From Welwitschia mirabilis (lineage: Eukaryota): 33,935 bases of DNA. The number at the start of each line of letters is the position of its first letter. Positions within the stretch are counted from its first letter, which is position 1. Positions 12,023 to 23,430 of the stretch are shown here, piece after piece. A program made the translations under genes and the position numbers. The stretch spans positions 28,245,023-28,278,957 of the forward strand of contig JBOZIK010000001.1 of assembly GCA_051453625.1 (NCBI GenBank), written 5' to 3'. The notes under the pieces were generated by a model. That model was not told the origin of the DNA and did no database searches. It worked only from the letters and a program-made list of their open reading frames with translations.

Positions 12023-13104
12023 TGTTACACTACTAATTTGTGGTTATTTAATGGGGTTTTATGAGTTGTTTTGTAAGACTTTTATATAGGTTTAGGTACA
12101 ATTATGAGGATTTTGGAGATTCAATAGGAAATCATGAAAATGTGTAATTCTTACCTAGATTTGAAATATTAAAGGCATATTTTGATTCATAAAGTTTTGA
12201 AGAAGGATTATTAATAAAAATACTAAGTTTATCCTTAAAAAAGTAATTAAAGAACATTGTCATTTCCTCTGTCATCCCCATGACAGGCAGGATGATAACA
12301 CATTTGCATGCTAACACGGACTATTGAGTTATCATTTTGAATCATCTTTTATAGTGAGCTATTATTTCTATTTTCATTTAGACAATAGTCAGGATAACAC
12401 TGATATGTAACTGCCTCTGACAGTAACCCTTGACCATTTCATCCATTTCTAAATTGTAAATGAGTGCACCTTACTATGCCTTCTATTTATATTTTTATAT
12501 TGTATTTTACTATAAATAAGTCCTCCTTTGACTATTTTTCTCATCTTCATTGCACCAGAAATTCTTGTGATAGAAGATTAAAGGGTGGAAAATCCATCTC
12601 GAGTGTTGCAGAAAGACATTCCTTTGGTAAATGGTTGTGTATCCTCCATTGAAACTTGGCTATGTTGTAACTTAAATGTTGTTACTCTTCTTAATAAAAA
12701 ACCTTATTTTGTTTTCACGTTTGCATTATAGATTTTCTGATGATTCTTATAGTTTATAATTATCCTTGATCTAGTGACAATTTCTTGAGTGATATATATT
12801 ATTAAGGGCAATCTTTGTCAAGGCTGAAAGCAAGTAGTATTAGTTCCATTTTACATTGCATGTTAGATTAGGTTGCATCTTGCATTTGCATTATACCTTT
12901 TATTTCTTACATTATTCTTTATTACTAGTTCCTATTATTCTTTTTTGAAGCAATTCGAGTCTCATCTCATAGTCTTTGACATGAATATGAAATTTTGGGT
13001 CTACTTCCACTCATACTAGTATGTTATAGTGTGTGAAATATTTATTTATTTTATGAATGATATAATCCTTTTGAACTTAACAAATTATAGAAGTACACAC
13101 CTCA
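12023..13104 (+). repeat. 3' LTR of element A
   Basis: Direct repeat of 5758-6810. CTATAAATA at 12510-12518. Ends ...ACACACCTCA(ATA). Confidence 0.93.
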
Positions 13105-16100
13105 ATATTTACCAAATAAATGCCTCAAAAGTATTTTGAGGTATTTTATCAAACAAATGCCTCAAAAAGTACAAATTGGGTTAAAAATTACATAGAACTA
13201 ACAAAATGAAATAGAATCTAATAAAATGATGGTTTTATGTGGAAATTCTAGTAGCTCTACCATTGTATGATGGAATAAGACTTATTTCTTCTTCTATAAG
13301 TTGTGAATAAGGGCTAACATACTCACAAAAATATTTTTAAAACTGGGTGATATTCCTCCATAGAGTTATGGCAATGAATCAGACTAATAAGGCTAAGTTA
13401 AGCCTTCCTTTAAAAAGTCCTCTTGTTATACTCCACTAGTAAGAAGGCTTATCATGCTAAAACATGTTGCTTAAACCAAAATACAAATTTGATAAAAGAA
13501 AATACATAAAATTTAGTTTATCATGCTGATACATGTAAATATTATGAAGAACGTCTTTACTAAAATAAGTATGAATAACAAGTTTAGAAAAGTACTTTCA
13601 TAGCTGGTTTTCCATGGAATGAATTACTGGAGAGCTTCAAGACTTCCAAAAAGATCTTAATGATTTACAAATAAGTATCTCTTGATATAAAAATTAGAAC
13701 TATCTAGAATTATAATAAGGATTCTAAAAGAATGCTATGCTTAAGGGGAACAAAAAAAGTTTTAAAAGAAAAGAAAAAGCGAATACCCTTAAAATTTTAA
13801 CTATGACTTGCATTACTTCCAATTTATTAAGAATTTTAAATACTAGATTATTAGACTACAATACTAAAAATAATTTAGTTTTACTAGTAAAGTCCTTAAA
13901 AAAGAATGCTTCAAAAATTTGCAAAGGTTTTATATGAGGCTTACCTTATCAGGACCATCAAGAATGCATTTGATTCTAATAACTTCTTAAAGAAACTAGT
14001 TTTCTTCCTAAGTTTTATCATTTAGGGCTTTGGACCCATAGCTACTAATACCATTACCCCTATTTCCATCATCTTGAGTANNNNNNNNNNTGCTCAATGA
14101 GTGTTACAGAATCACATTTCAAACATTTATAAGAAGCAGGGGTGTAAAGTCACAACACAATTTCACCTCTTTACCCTCTAAACTCGATGGAAGACTCTCA
14201 TTATGCAACAAAATTACATGCTCAATAATAGTAAAAATATTAATTCTAGCCCCTTTAAAAAATCTTCTCTAGCTTTGTAAAGACCCATCCATTACACCAA
14301 ATGTCATACTCTAAAGAAAACAACCTTATTAAAACACAAAATTCCAACTACAAAAATTAGCAATCTATCTCTAAAACCACAACTAATTCATAATAAATAT
14401 AGATATTTCAGCATCAAATAATATAGATCCATTACATTCTCAAAAAGTGCAAGAACAAAAAGAATACTAGTTCCTTAATCTGTGACTACTATAAAACTAT
14501 TATTCACAGAAGGATATTTTTCTAAAAACATCTCTCTTAGAAATAGAAAAAATCAAGAATGACACAGTAGGTAAAGAGTTAAAATAATATATCATGATTT
14601 TCTTATTAATCAATTTAAAATTCCTCCAATAGTGCCCATGTCAATGCTTAAGCACATTTTCCTCTGCCATGGTAGTGCCTTATCTTTTACTCTTTCCTTT
14701 GTTAAGTGAGCTTTCCTTCAAAAAAGTCCTCTTGTTGTGCTCCACTAGCAAGAAGAATCATCATATAAAGCATGTTACTTAAAAAAAATACAAATTTGGT
14801 AAAAGAAAACACTAAAATTTAGTTCATCATGCTAGTATGTGTAAGTATCATGAAGAACTACTTTATTGAAATAAATATTAATAACAAGTTCAGGAAAGTA
14901 CTTTCATAGTTGGTTTGCCATGGAACAAATTTCTAAAAAGCTTTGAGACTTCTAAAGAGACATTACTAATTTCCTAATAAGTATCTCTTGATACAGAAAG
15001 TACAACTATTTAGAATTATAATGAGGATTCTAAATAAATGCTATGCTTAAGAGGAATAAAAAAAGAATGTAAAAGCAAAGAAAAATCAAATACCCTTAAA
15101 ATTTCAACCATGACTTGCATTACTTTCAATTTTTAGAGAATTTAAAACACTAGCTTATTAGACTAAAAAACAAAATCAACTTAGTTATAAATAAATGTTT
15201 TAGAAAAAATGCTTCAAAAAGCTACAAAGGTTTCATATGAGGGTTAGATCATCAGGATCATTGAGAATGCACTTGATTCTAATAACTTCTTAAAGAAGCT
15301 AGTTTTCTTCCTTAGTTTCATCATTTAGGACTTTAGCTCCATAGCCACTAATACCATTACCCTTATTTACATCCCCTTAGATACTGTAATTTACTTTTGC
15401 ATGCTCAACCATTATCATGAATTCACATTTGAAACATTTGCAAGAAGCAGAGGTGTAGAATCATTATACAATTTTTCCTCTCCATCCTCAAAAGTTAATG
15501 GAAGACTCACATTATGCAATAAGAATTGCATGCTCAATAATAGTAAAAATATTGGTTCTAATCCTTTTGAAAAATATTCTTCAACTTTGTAAATATTCAT
15601 CCATTGTACCAAACATTAGTCTTACTTTAAAGAAAACAATCTTAATTAGAAACGAAAGCATAAGAATAAAAAAAGAGCAATCTATCTCTTAAACCACAAC
15701 CAACGCATAATAAATAGAGCTATTCTAGTGCCAAAAAAGATAGCTCCATTATCTTCTTTAAAATTGCCAAAAAAAAAAAATTGATTCCTTAATTTGTGAC
15801 TTCTATAAAACTATTATTCACATAAGCATATTTTTCTAAAAACATTTTCCTTAGAAATAGAAAAACTGAGAATGATATAGTAGGTAGAGAGTTAAAATAA
15901 TATCTCACAATTGTCTTGTTAATAAATTTAAAATTCCTTTAGTGTTGTCCATGATAACGTTGAAGCATGTTTTTGTCTACCATGGTAATGCCTTGGCTTT
16001 TTCTCTTTTCCTCAGGCATGCAACAAAGGCTAGTGGATTTCGTATAAACCCCATGACTTTGATGATTTCTTACACCAAGTTTATCCTTCTTGATAGCAAC

Positions 16101-16905
16101 TTCTATAGTGGTTTTTAATGGTGTGGAGGGTAGTTTTCCATAGGTCTAGCAATACAGAACATCATATTTTACTCCCTATAGGTGCTTGTAATAAATGGAA
16201 CAATCTCACTTCAAAGATCTACAAGTCCTTTCTCTATGTTCTTCATTAGGGTTTGAACCAATCATTTCAATAAAACACCCTCAAACACGCCTACTAGTCA
16301 TAATGAAGCTTTCAGTGGCATTGGCGGTGTTTAAAAGATCCTCTAATTAATAGTATAGAAGTGCCTTTTGTTAGATGTGAGGGTCTTCCATAACTCTAAG
16401 TGCCTTTTAATGGTTCTATACATTTATATTAATTATAACCCAAAGGCCTTTCTAGTCATTCACCATTTCTTCGGCAATATCTTCTTTCACCTTCTTTAGA
16501 GAAAGTTTAAGTGAGCTGATCTTTCAAGTGAAAGATGAGGTGGCTAACCTTGCTTGTTGTGGCTCTTACAAAAATTTCCATGACCTAAGATGAATCGAAG
16601 AAAGCCTTATTCTAGCTATCTTCCTCTATCTTTTGATTTATAAAAGTAGAAAGTTACTACCAATGGAGTCCCTTTTCAAATGTCTTATATAATAAATTTT
16701 TTAATAAAGGTTTTTAATTGTTTGTATACAATAAATGTCTTAAAAAAAGACTATTATAAAGGCATTTTTCTAATGAATGTATTAGGAATAGATTCTAAGA
16801 GGCATTTAAATCTTTTATATAAAAAACACCTTAAAAAGTTTTATTTAGATATAATTAAGACATTTATTAAAATAAATGCCTTAAAAGTCCATATTTCTAG
16901 TAATG
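13105..16905. mobile_element. CACTA (En/Spm) DNA transposon remnant, no recognisable transposase
   Basis: Right end TTTCTAGTAATG (16894-16905) is one mismatch from the reverse complement of CACTACTAGAAA. It is preceded by direct and inverted subterminal repeats AAATGCCTTAAA/AGGCATTT (16678-16886). The same repeats occur at 13118-13168. The left TIR was not confidently found. Confidence 0.7.
13392..16012 (+). repeat. Tandem duplication, 2 x ~1.31 kb (13392-14700 / 14701-16012)
   Basis: Colinear throughout, e.g. AAAAAGTCCTCTTGTT, ATAAGTATCTCTTGATA, TTGATTCTAATAACTTCTTAAAGAA and CTATAAAACTATTATTCACA occur in both copies. About 80% identity by eye. Confidence 0.92.
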
Positions 16906-17189
16906 TATGAAAGGAAACTAGAAAAAAAATGGTTTCTTAATTATCAAGAGGTAATAGGAAGAGATATAGATTAAATAGCCAAGTTTAAGAGGCTTTCAGG
17001 CTAACAACTAGCTATAGGAGTTATCTGACTTTAATTTTAGGAGTAGGAGAAAGAAGTTTCATGCATTACAAGTGAAAGATAGATATATTCCATGTCCAAG
17101 ACATGAAATTAGGTGAAATACCACATCCAAGATATGGAATTATAGTGTGATAGATGTTTGGAGATCTTTGTAGAAGTGTTTTAAGGAAA

Positions 17190-18545
17190 ACGAAATGAAA
17201 AAGGGGGTGACAAGGGTGAAAACAGATAAAAAGATAAGAAGAAGAGGGAAAAAGAAAAAGAAATAGAAGAGTATAAAAAAGGGAATCAAGGTAAAGAAGT
17301 TCCTTAATTATTAAGATGAAGTCATAAGTAAGATAAGATAGGAAAGTGGCTTTGGAAGCGTTTCAGAATCACTAAGGGATTTTAGAAGCTAGGAGGAGTG
17401 ATATTTAAGGATAGAAAAACTATTATCTATATCAAAGTTATAGAATATCTTGGATTCTACTTTTAAGACATGAAATTTAGATGCTTAATGGAATTAGATA
17501 GGTTGCAAAAGAAGTAAGAAGAGAAGAATAACAAAGAGAAGAAGAGAATGAAAAGGGGAAAAGGAAAAGAATAAGAGGAAGGAACAAAAGAGATGAAAAA
17601 AAAGAGGAGATAAAGATAAAAAGTTAGGAAAGATAGAAGAAAGAGTAAAAAAGGATAAAAGATGGAAAAAATAAGAGAAAGAGAGAGAAGGTAGAGAATA
17701 AGGGAGAAGGAAGTAATGGAGATGAGAATGAAGATGATGAGAAGGTGGGAATAAGAAGTAAAGGAAGAAAAAGAAGGATGATAATAGGATAAAATTAGAA
17801 ATAAAAATGGAAAAGAGAAATGAGATGAAGGAATAAGAACGAGAGTGATGAGAGAAAAGTAGAGAAAAAAAAAAAGAGGTAAGAGGGGAAGTAAAAAAGA
17901 GAGGGGAGAATGGGATGAGAGGAGAGAAGAAGAAGTAGGAAGAGAGGAAAGGGGGGAGAATATCAGAAGAGAAAAATAAGAAGAAGAAATGTGGATGAAG
18001 AGGAAAAGGAAAAAAAGGGAGAGAAATAAAAGAGAATAAAAGAGAATTTACCTTAGCTACTATGGTTGGAATTCATCCTATTGCTTACTATGAAAGGTTA
18101 TCCATTTAAAACATAAGATTTCTAATATTCTTACCTAATAATTTATGATAATGAGATCTCAATAAAAGAAAAGGTGGAGGATTGACCTAATTTTATCATC
18201 ACAAGGAAGAAGTTCGATCATCCACAAATGATCAAGATTTATGGTAGTCCTAAAGGCCTTGCTAGAAGGGAATAGAGGCCAATGAAATATCACTTACATG
18301 CCTTAGGCATGGAAGAAACTTAATTTCCATGTTGAACATGGAATTATGATGTTTTTTCAGTTAAGAAAGGTTAAAATGATGTGGATAAAGGAGGGAAAAG
18401 GAAAGAAGAAGGGAAAGGAGAAAAGATTAAAAGGAAAGAAAAAAGGATTAAAAGGGAGGAAATATGATAGAAAATAAAATAACAAGATAATAAAAAGATA
18501 GGATAAAGGGAAAACGTGTAGAATATAAGTAAGGTAAAAGGTAAA
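17190..18545 (+). repeat. Purine-rich (GA) low-complexity tracts
   Basis: 17510-18046 is almost entirely A/G on the + strand; further tracts at 17190-17345 and 18385-18545. Confidence 0.85.
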
Positions 18546-20319
18546 GGAATTCCTTTAAGTTAGGGATTATGTTAAATCATAACAATTTCTATTTGATGAG
18601 GTCTTTTGAGTACTTTTATAAAAATTTAGATAGGTTTTAGTGGAGTTATAATGATTATAGAGAGTCAATGGAATTATCATGATAACATGTATTTCTTAAT
18701 ACATGTGTAGGCATTTTAGGCAATTTTTAATACTCAGCATTCTAATGAGGAGTTTAATGATTTAAGAGGCTAATTTTCTTTACTTGAATAGTTTAAAAGA
18801 ATGATGTCCAACTAGTCACATAGATGACAATACTAGACAAGATTCCATTTAGACATATAACATGGATGTTGACATGAATAAGAGTGATAAGTTGATATGT
18901 CACCTTTTATGATGTAGTATCATCCTTATGGTCATCCAAATAACAAATAGGATGATATTTATTTTATGTACATGGATAAATATAATTTTTAATGAGATTA
19001 TAAATATATATCATAAAATTAAAAATGACTCTTAAAAATTTAAAATTTTTCTCAAAATATTTCAAAATATATGCCATACCTCATCTAAGTTAAGTACTAG
19101 CAAGCAAAATATGTTGGGTTTGGAGCAATAGACTTTACATGAAAGAAAAGTAAAAAATAGTTAGAAAAAGATAAAAATGAAAATGATGCTCAGAAAATAT
19201 TACTATGTCATCCTTCATTATTATTTGGATGACGAGGTGGACAAAAGGATTTTTCAAAAGATCAAAAAAATGAAAGCATTAGTAGAATACATTAGGCTAA
19301 TATGCGATCATGGAAGTTATAAAATGTTTATCATAAAGTTTAAAAGAGGGAAAAAAACTAACAACCATGATGATTAAGGCATGATAAAGGAGATTAATTT
19401 TGGGAAGAACTTAATGGTAAGAGAAATAGGTATTAGAATAAGATAAAGTACCAAGTTAAGAAAGATTTTGAAATGTGTCATGAACTTAAAATTATTGAAA
19501 AATGGAATGTGAAGCTCAAAAATAAGATTAAATAACTAAACTTAAAAAGAGAAAAAGATAATATATGGAATAAATTATCATCATAAACTAAAAGAGCATA
19601 ATTTACTAAAATAAAATAAACATTTATAAATAAAAATTTTAAGTGAAAATAAAAATATATAAGAAAACTACTAAATGATTAATTTCTAAGTATTTGTAAT
19701 CAAAAAGTACAAAAATGACTTTAAAATACCAAATAAAACAACTAAGAAAAACAAAATGAAAATAAAAAACTAGGAACATGATAAGATTGTATACCTACCC
19801 TAAATTCCAACCTAGCAAATCCCTAATGAAATAAATCATAAATTCACCTAATCAATGATGCATGAGATAATGTAGAAACTTCATAAAGTATCACTCAAGA
19901 AGGTAGTAATTATGATAATGCCTAGTAATTGATGTTTTCTATCAATGAATGATAAGATCAAAATCTATTTAGATATGGTCTCACTTTCTTACATCCTAAA
20001 ACACATCCAAATCCTTAAAAGTAAAAGGATCATGTAGAAATACTATAAGCTCAATGAGTCTAAGAGAATAAGTAATGCTTCTGATAATACCAAAAACACT
20101 AGTAATTTTATAGCCTCAAAGTATTTATTATTAATCCATAAGAATTGAAACCATAATTAGAGAAGTAAGAATCCATAAAACATGGACAATTGACCACATA
20201 GTAGCTTCCTCATAGCTATTAACACTTCTAAATATCCCTCTTAGGAAAACTTACCTAAGTGTAGTAGGACATTATGAGGATCATGTATTTAGCATAAAAA
20301 TACTAGATCATTGTTATTA

Positions 20320-20322
<3 letters not shown>

Positions 20323-20379
<57 letters not shown>

Positions 20380-20437
20380 ACTCTCTCTCTCACACACACT
20401 CACTCTCTCTCACTCTCTCACTCTCTTACTCTCTCAC
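20323..20437 (+). repeat. (CT)26 microsatellite followed by an imperfect CT/CA compound tract
   Basis: Pure CT from 20323 to 20374, then CACT/CA interruptions. Confidence 0.98.
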
Positions 20438-21238
20438 ATAGTCTCATTCATTTCCCCCATCCTTTCTTCTTTTTTCTTTTTTCTTATTTTTTATTCAATA
20501 ATTTTTCAAAATAAATGTCACATAACCACACACTTTTGAAAATGGAGGTGAATAACTAAGATGAAAGACCCTAAACAATACCCCAAGTAATCAAAGACTT
20601 ATTTCATTAAGAGAGAACATAAAAAAACTAAAGCATCTTCCTTTAAGATAAAGTTTATAGACATTTAAATTTCTTAAGATTAAATGAAACCAATATTATC
20701 ACTTTTAAATGTCCAAGTAAAGATCACTAATTATGCTAACTTCATAAAGTAAAATATTAGTCAAGTTTTAAAGATGTTCAAGTGATAGCATGATGTCCAC
20801 CAAAAGAATTGTCTAATAAAGAATTTAGAAAATGGTAGGCAAACATTTGAAACAATTGCTTCTTTCATGTTCAATATTTGATAACTTATGAATTTTTAAC
20901 CTTTATTCATTTTTTTTGAATTTCCTAGTTTTTAAATCAAAAATCTCAACTAACCCATTAGAATGTACTTTCTAAGAAATAAGGATCTAATCATTAAGAT
21001 GTTAACTTGTTATGTGAAATAAAAATAAAACCAAGGATAAAAACATAAGAACATAAAATTTAAAATAAATGCCAATGTAAACTGAGAATAAGTTTATTTA
21101 GATTCTAAATCCTATTGAATACTTTATTTATAAGAAGANNNNNNNNNNNNNNNNNNNNNNNNNNNNNNNNNNNNNNNNNNNNNNNNNNNNNNNNNNNNNN
21201 NNNNNNNNNNNNNNNNNNNNNNNNNNNNNNNNNNNNNN

Positions 21239-21287
21239 GATAGAATCCCTTTGAACTTAAGCACTTGCACAAATACACACTGCAATA
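21239..21287 (+). repeat. 3' end of a third A-family LTR, the rest hidden in the 100-N gap 21139-21238
   Basis: GATAGAATCCCTTTGAACTTAAGCACTTGCACAAATACACACTGCAATA vs 6765-6813 GATAGAATTCCTTTGAACATAAGCACTTGCATAAATACACACTACAATA (45/49). Confidence 0.9.
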
Positions 21288-23406
21288 ACATTCAAAGATG
21301 AGAGAGAATTATTATAGATGTTCATGCATAAATATATAAATATTAAAAGAATATCAACATTAATAGTAAAATTTATGCATTCAAAATTAGAAATCCTCCA
21401 TTCTTTGGCTTGTCCATTCTTACTTAACAATCCATGTAAGATATTATTTTGAAAAGAAGACAAAAATGACTCAGAGACCACTTGATAAGTGAATGCTCAT
21501 TAAGGGATTTATTAGAAACTAGTTTCAAAGTTAAAGTGGGTTTGTCTTTATTATTAAATTTTTAGTCTTGCATAAAAGAAAAATACAAAATGCCATAGTT
21601 AGATTAAGACATTATTGATAAAAAAGATTACTTATATGTTATATCATGAATAAAATCTTTGCTAATGCTCTCCTCTTCATTAATTTTGTTGAGGGACTCT
21701 TCCTCATGCAATTGCTTAACCAAAAATGGTTGTGGTTCAAAGAAGAAATCTTTTTTAATATTGTTTCTTTTAGTAATATCACTTATTTGTTCATCCTCTA
21801 TTGTGTAGCTATCTAATTTGTAATGCTCTCTTAAATGATTACTTAATTATACTAATTGATCATCATCAAATGTATCTAATCCCACTTTAAAATGTAGCCT
21901 ATTTGAATATAATCATTTACTCTCTAAGGCATTATTAAATTTAACGTCCTTGTAGCTTTCCTCATAGGTTTACTCTTGTATTCTTAATGGGTTTCTTCCA
22001 CATTTCTAAAGGATATGAAATGAGTATCATTGATTTACTATCATTAATCCTTTTAAGTTTTCAAGAGTTACAAGTTCATAAAATGTAAAAAGGTCATTCT
22101 CTTTTTATTGATTAAGATCCTTAACAATTTGAGAATTGGTCTTAGTTATTTGTTAAATAAATTTTTCAATAGTATTAGTGGTTTTATTTATAGAAAGTAA
22201 AGGGTATTGAAGCATGTTTGAATAAATCTGTGTTACACCTTTTAAGAATCTCTAAAAAGTATCTTCAAAATAAGGTAAGAATAACTATTAAAACTAAGAA
22301 GATAGAAAGTATTAGTCAAATGATAAATGATATGGAAAATAAGATGAATAATGAAAGTATTAAAAGGTAATGAAAAGTATGGAATGAAACTCTTATTATT
22401 TAATATATAAATTTTAAAATTTAAAATTGTAAAGTAATTGATCTATACATGAATGAGGTTCGAGGCTTTGAAAATACTCTCTAAATGTCTATCTAATGTC
22501 ATAAAGATTTTTACATTTTCAATGGTATGGATTATATTAAATGTAGTCCTGTAGAGTTCATTTATAACAAATAACATTTCCTATAGTTCATTTAGTTGAG
22601 TCTTGATTCTAAAAATTATTGGAATAGATAAGTTATAACTCAAAATTATTTTGAAAATGGGTTAGAAAAATTGATTATAAGCTCACAATTTCCTAAATTT
22701 TTGAGCTTTTTAAGGATAATAAATATTATACAAGTTTCAAAAATATCAACTAAATTTTTCTATAAATTTTTGAACGTTTCTAAGTAAGGAAGCTAGTGGC
22801 ACTAATTAAGAAAGACAACAACATCAATTATTTAGGGAGAAACATTTTAGAGAAGAACATAGCTAATTTTTAATTCAGTGTAAATGATTTCTTGTTATAG
22901 GGTCTCAGAAAATTTTAACAAAAATAAAACTAACTATAACTTTAAAAAATAAGATCTAGTAAATAACCATAATATTTTATATTTTTTAAAATTGTATTCA
23001 ATAAAAAACAAAATAAAAGTAAAAATTTATAGAATTTTATAGAAAATGAAAGAAACATAGAAAAAATATTATAATTGAATTTAGTTTTTCTCCTCTTTTG
23101 ATCTTAGTTTTAGTTATATCCTATATAAATGTTGTTAGACATGCAACATAAAGTATAAAATATGAAGGTAAGTTTTATATTAGAATAAAAAATTAAATAA
23201 AATGTAAAATATGGATCAGTTTAGGTTTCATTAGAAAAAGGCTAGTACCTATCACTAGAAGAAAAGAAATCAATATACAAAATAAAAAATAAAAGAACCA
23301 CTTTAGGTTTCATAAAGGAATTAATATCCATCATTATAAAAATAAAAACTAATTAAAAAATACAATAAGAAAGATCATGTACTCTTAAAAACTTATCATG
23401 CTAATA

Positions 23407-23424
23407 TCCCTAATAATAGTGCTA
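23407..23424 (-). promoter_or_regulatory. Decayed tRNA-Asp PBS of element B
   Basis: TAGCACTATTATTAGGGA vs TGGCGCCGTTGCCGGGGA: 10/18, all 8 differences are G>A or C>T transitions. It lies 6 nt from an LTR CA end. Confidence 0.7.
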
Positions 23425-23430
23425 AAATCT

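Larger units (their letters stand above)
5758..13104 (+). mobile_element. Element A: non-autonomous Athila-like Ty3/Gypsy LTR retrotransposon (LTR-PBS-gag-protease-3' region-PPT-LTR), ~7.35 kb
   Basis: Direct LTRs starting TGTTACA, a tRNA-Asp-type PBS, gag with CCHC knuckle, an Athila-type aspartic protease and purine tracts. No RT, RNaseH or integrase motifs recognised. Candidate decayed TSD GCATT (5753-5757) / ATATT (13105-13109). Confidence 0.9.

Noticed and set aside
20311..20514. ORF with LSLSLS repeats resembling a signal or membrane peptide
   Set aside because: It is the translation of the (CT)n microsatellite.
5753..21292. GCATT (5753-5757) and ACATT (21288-21292) as the TSD of one giant A-family element
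   Set aside because: The two junctions sit in different host sequences (CACTA repeats vs element B interior), and a 4/5 match in AT-rich DNA is expected by chance.
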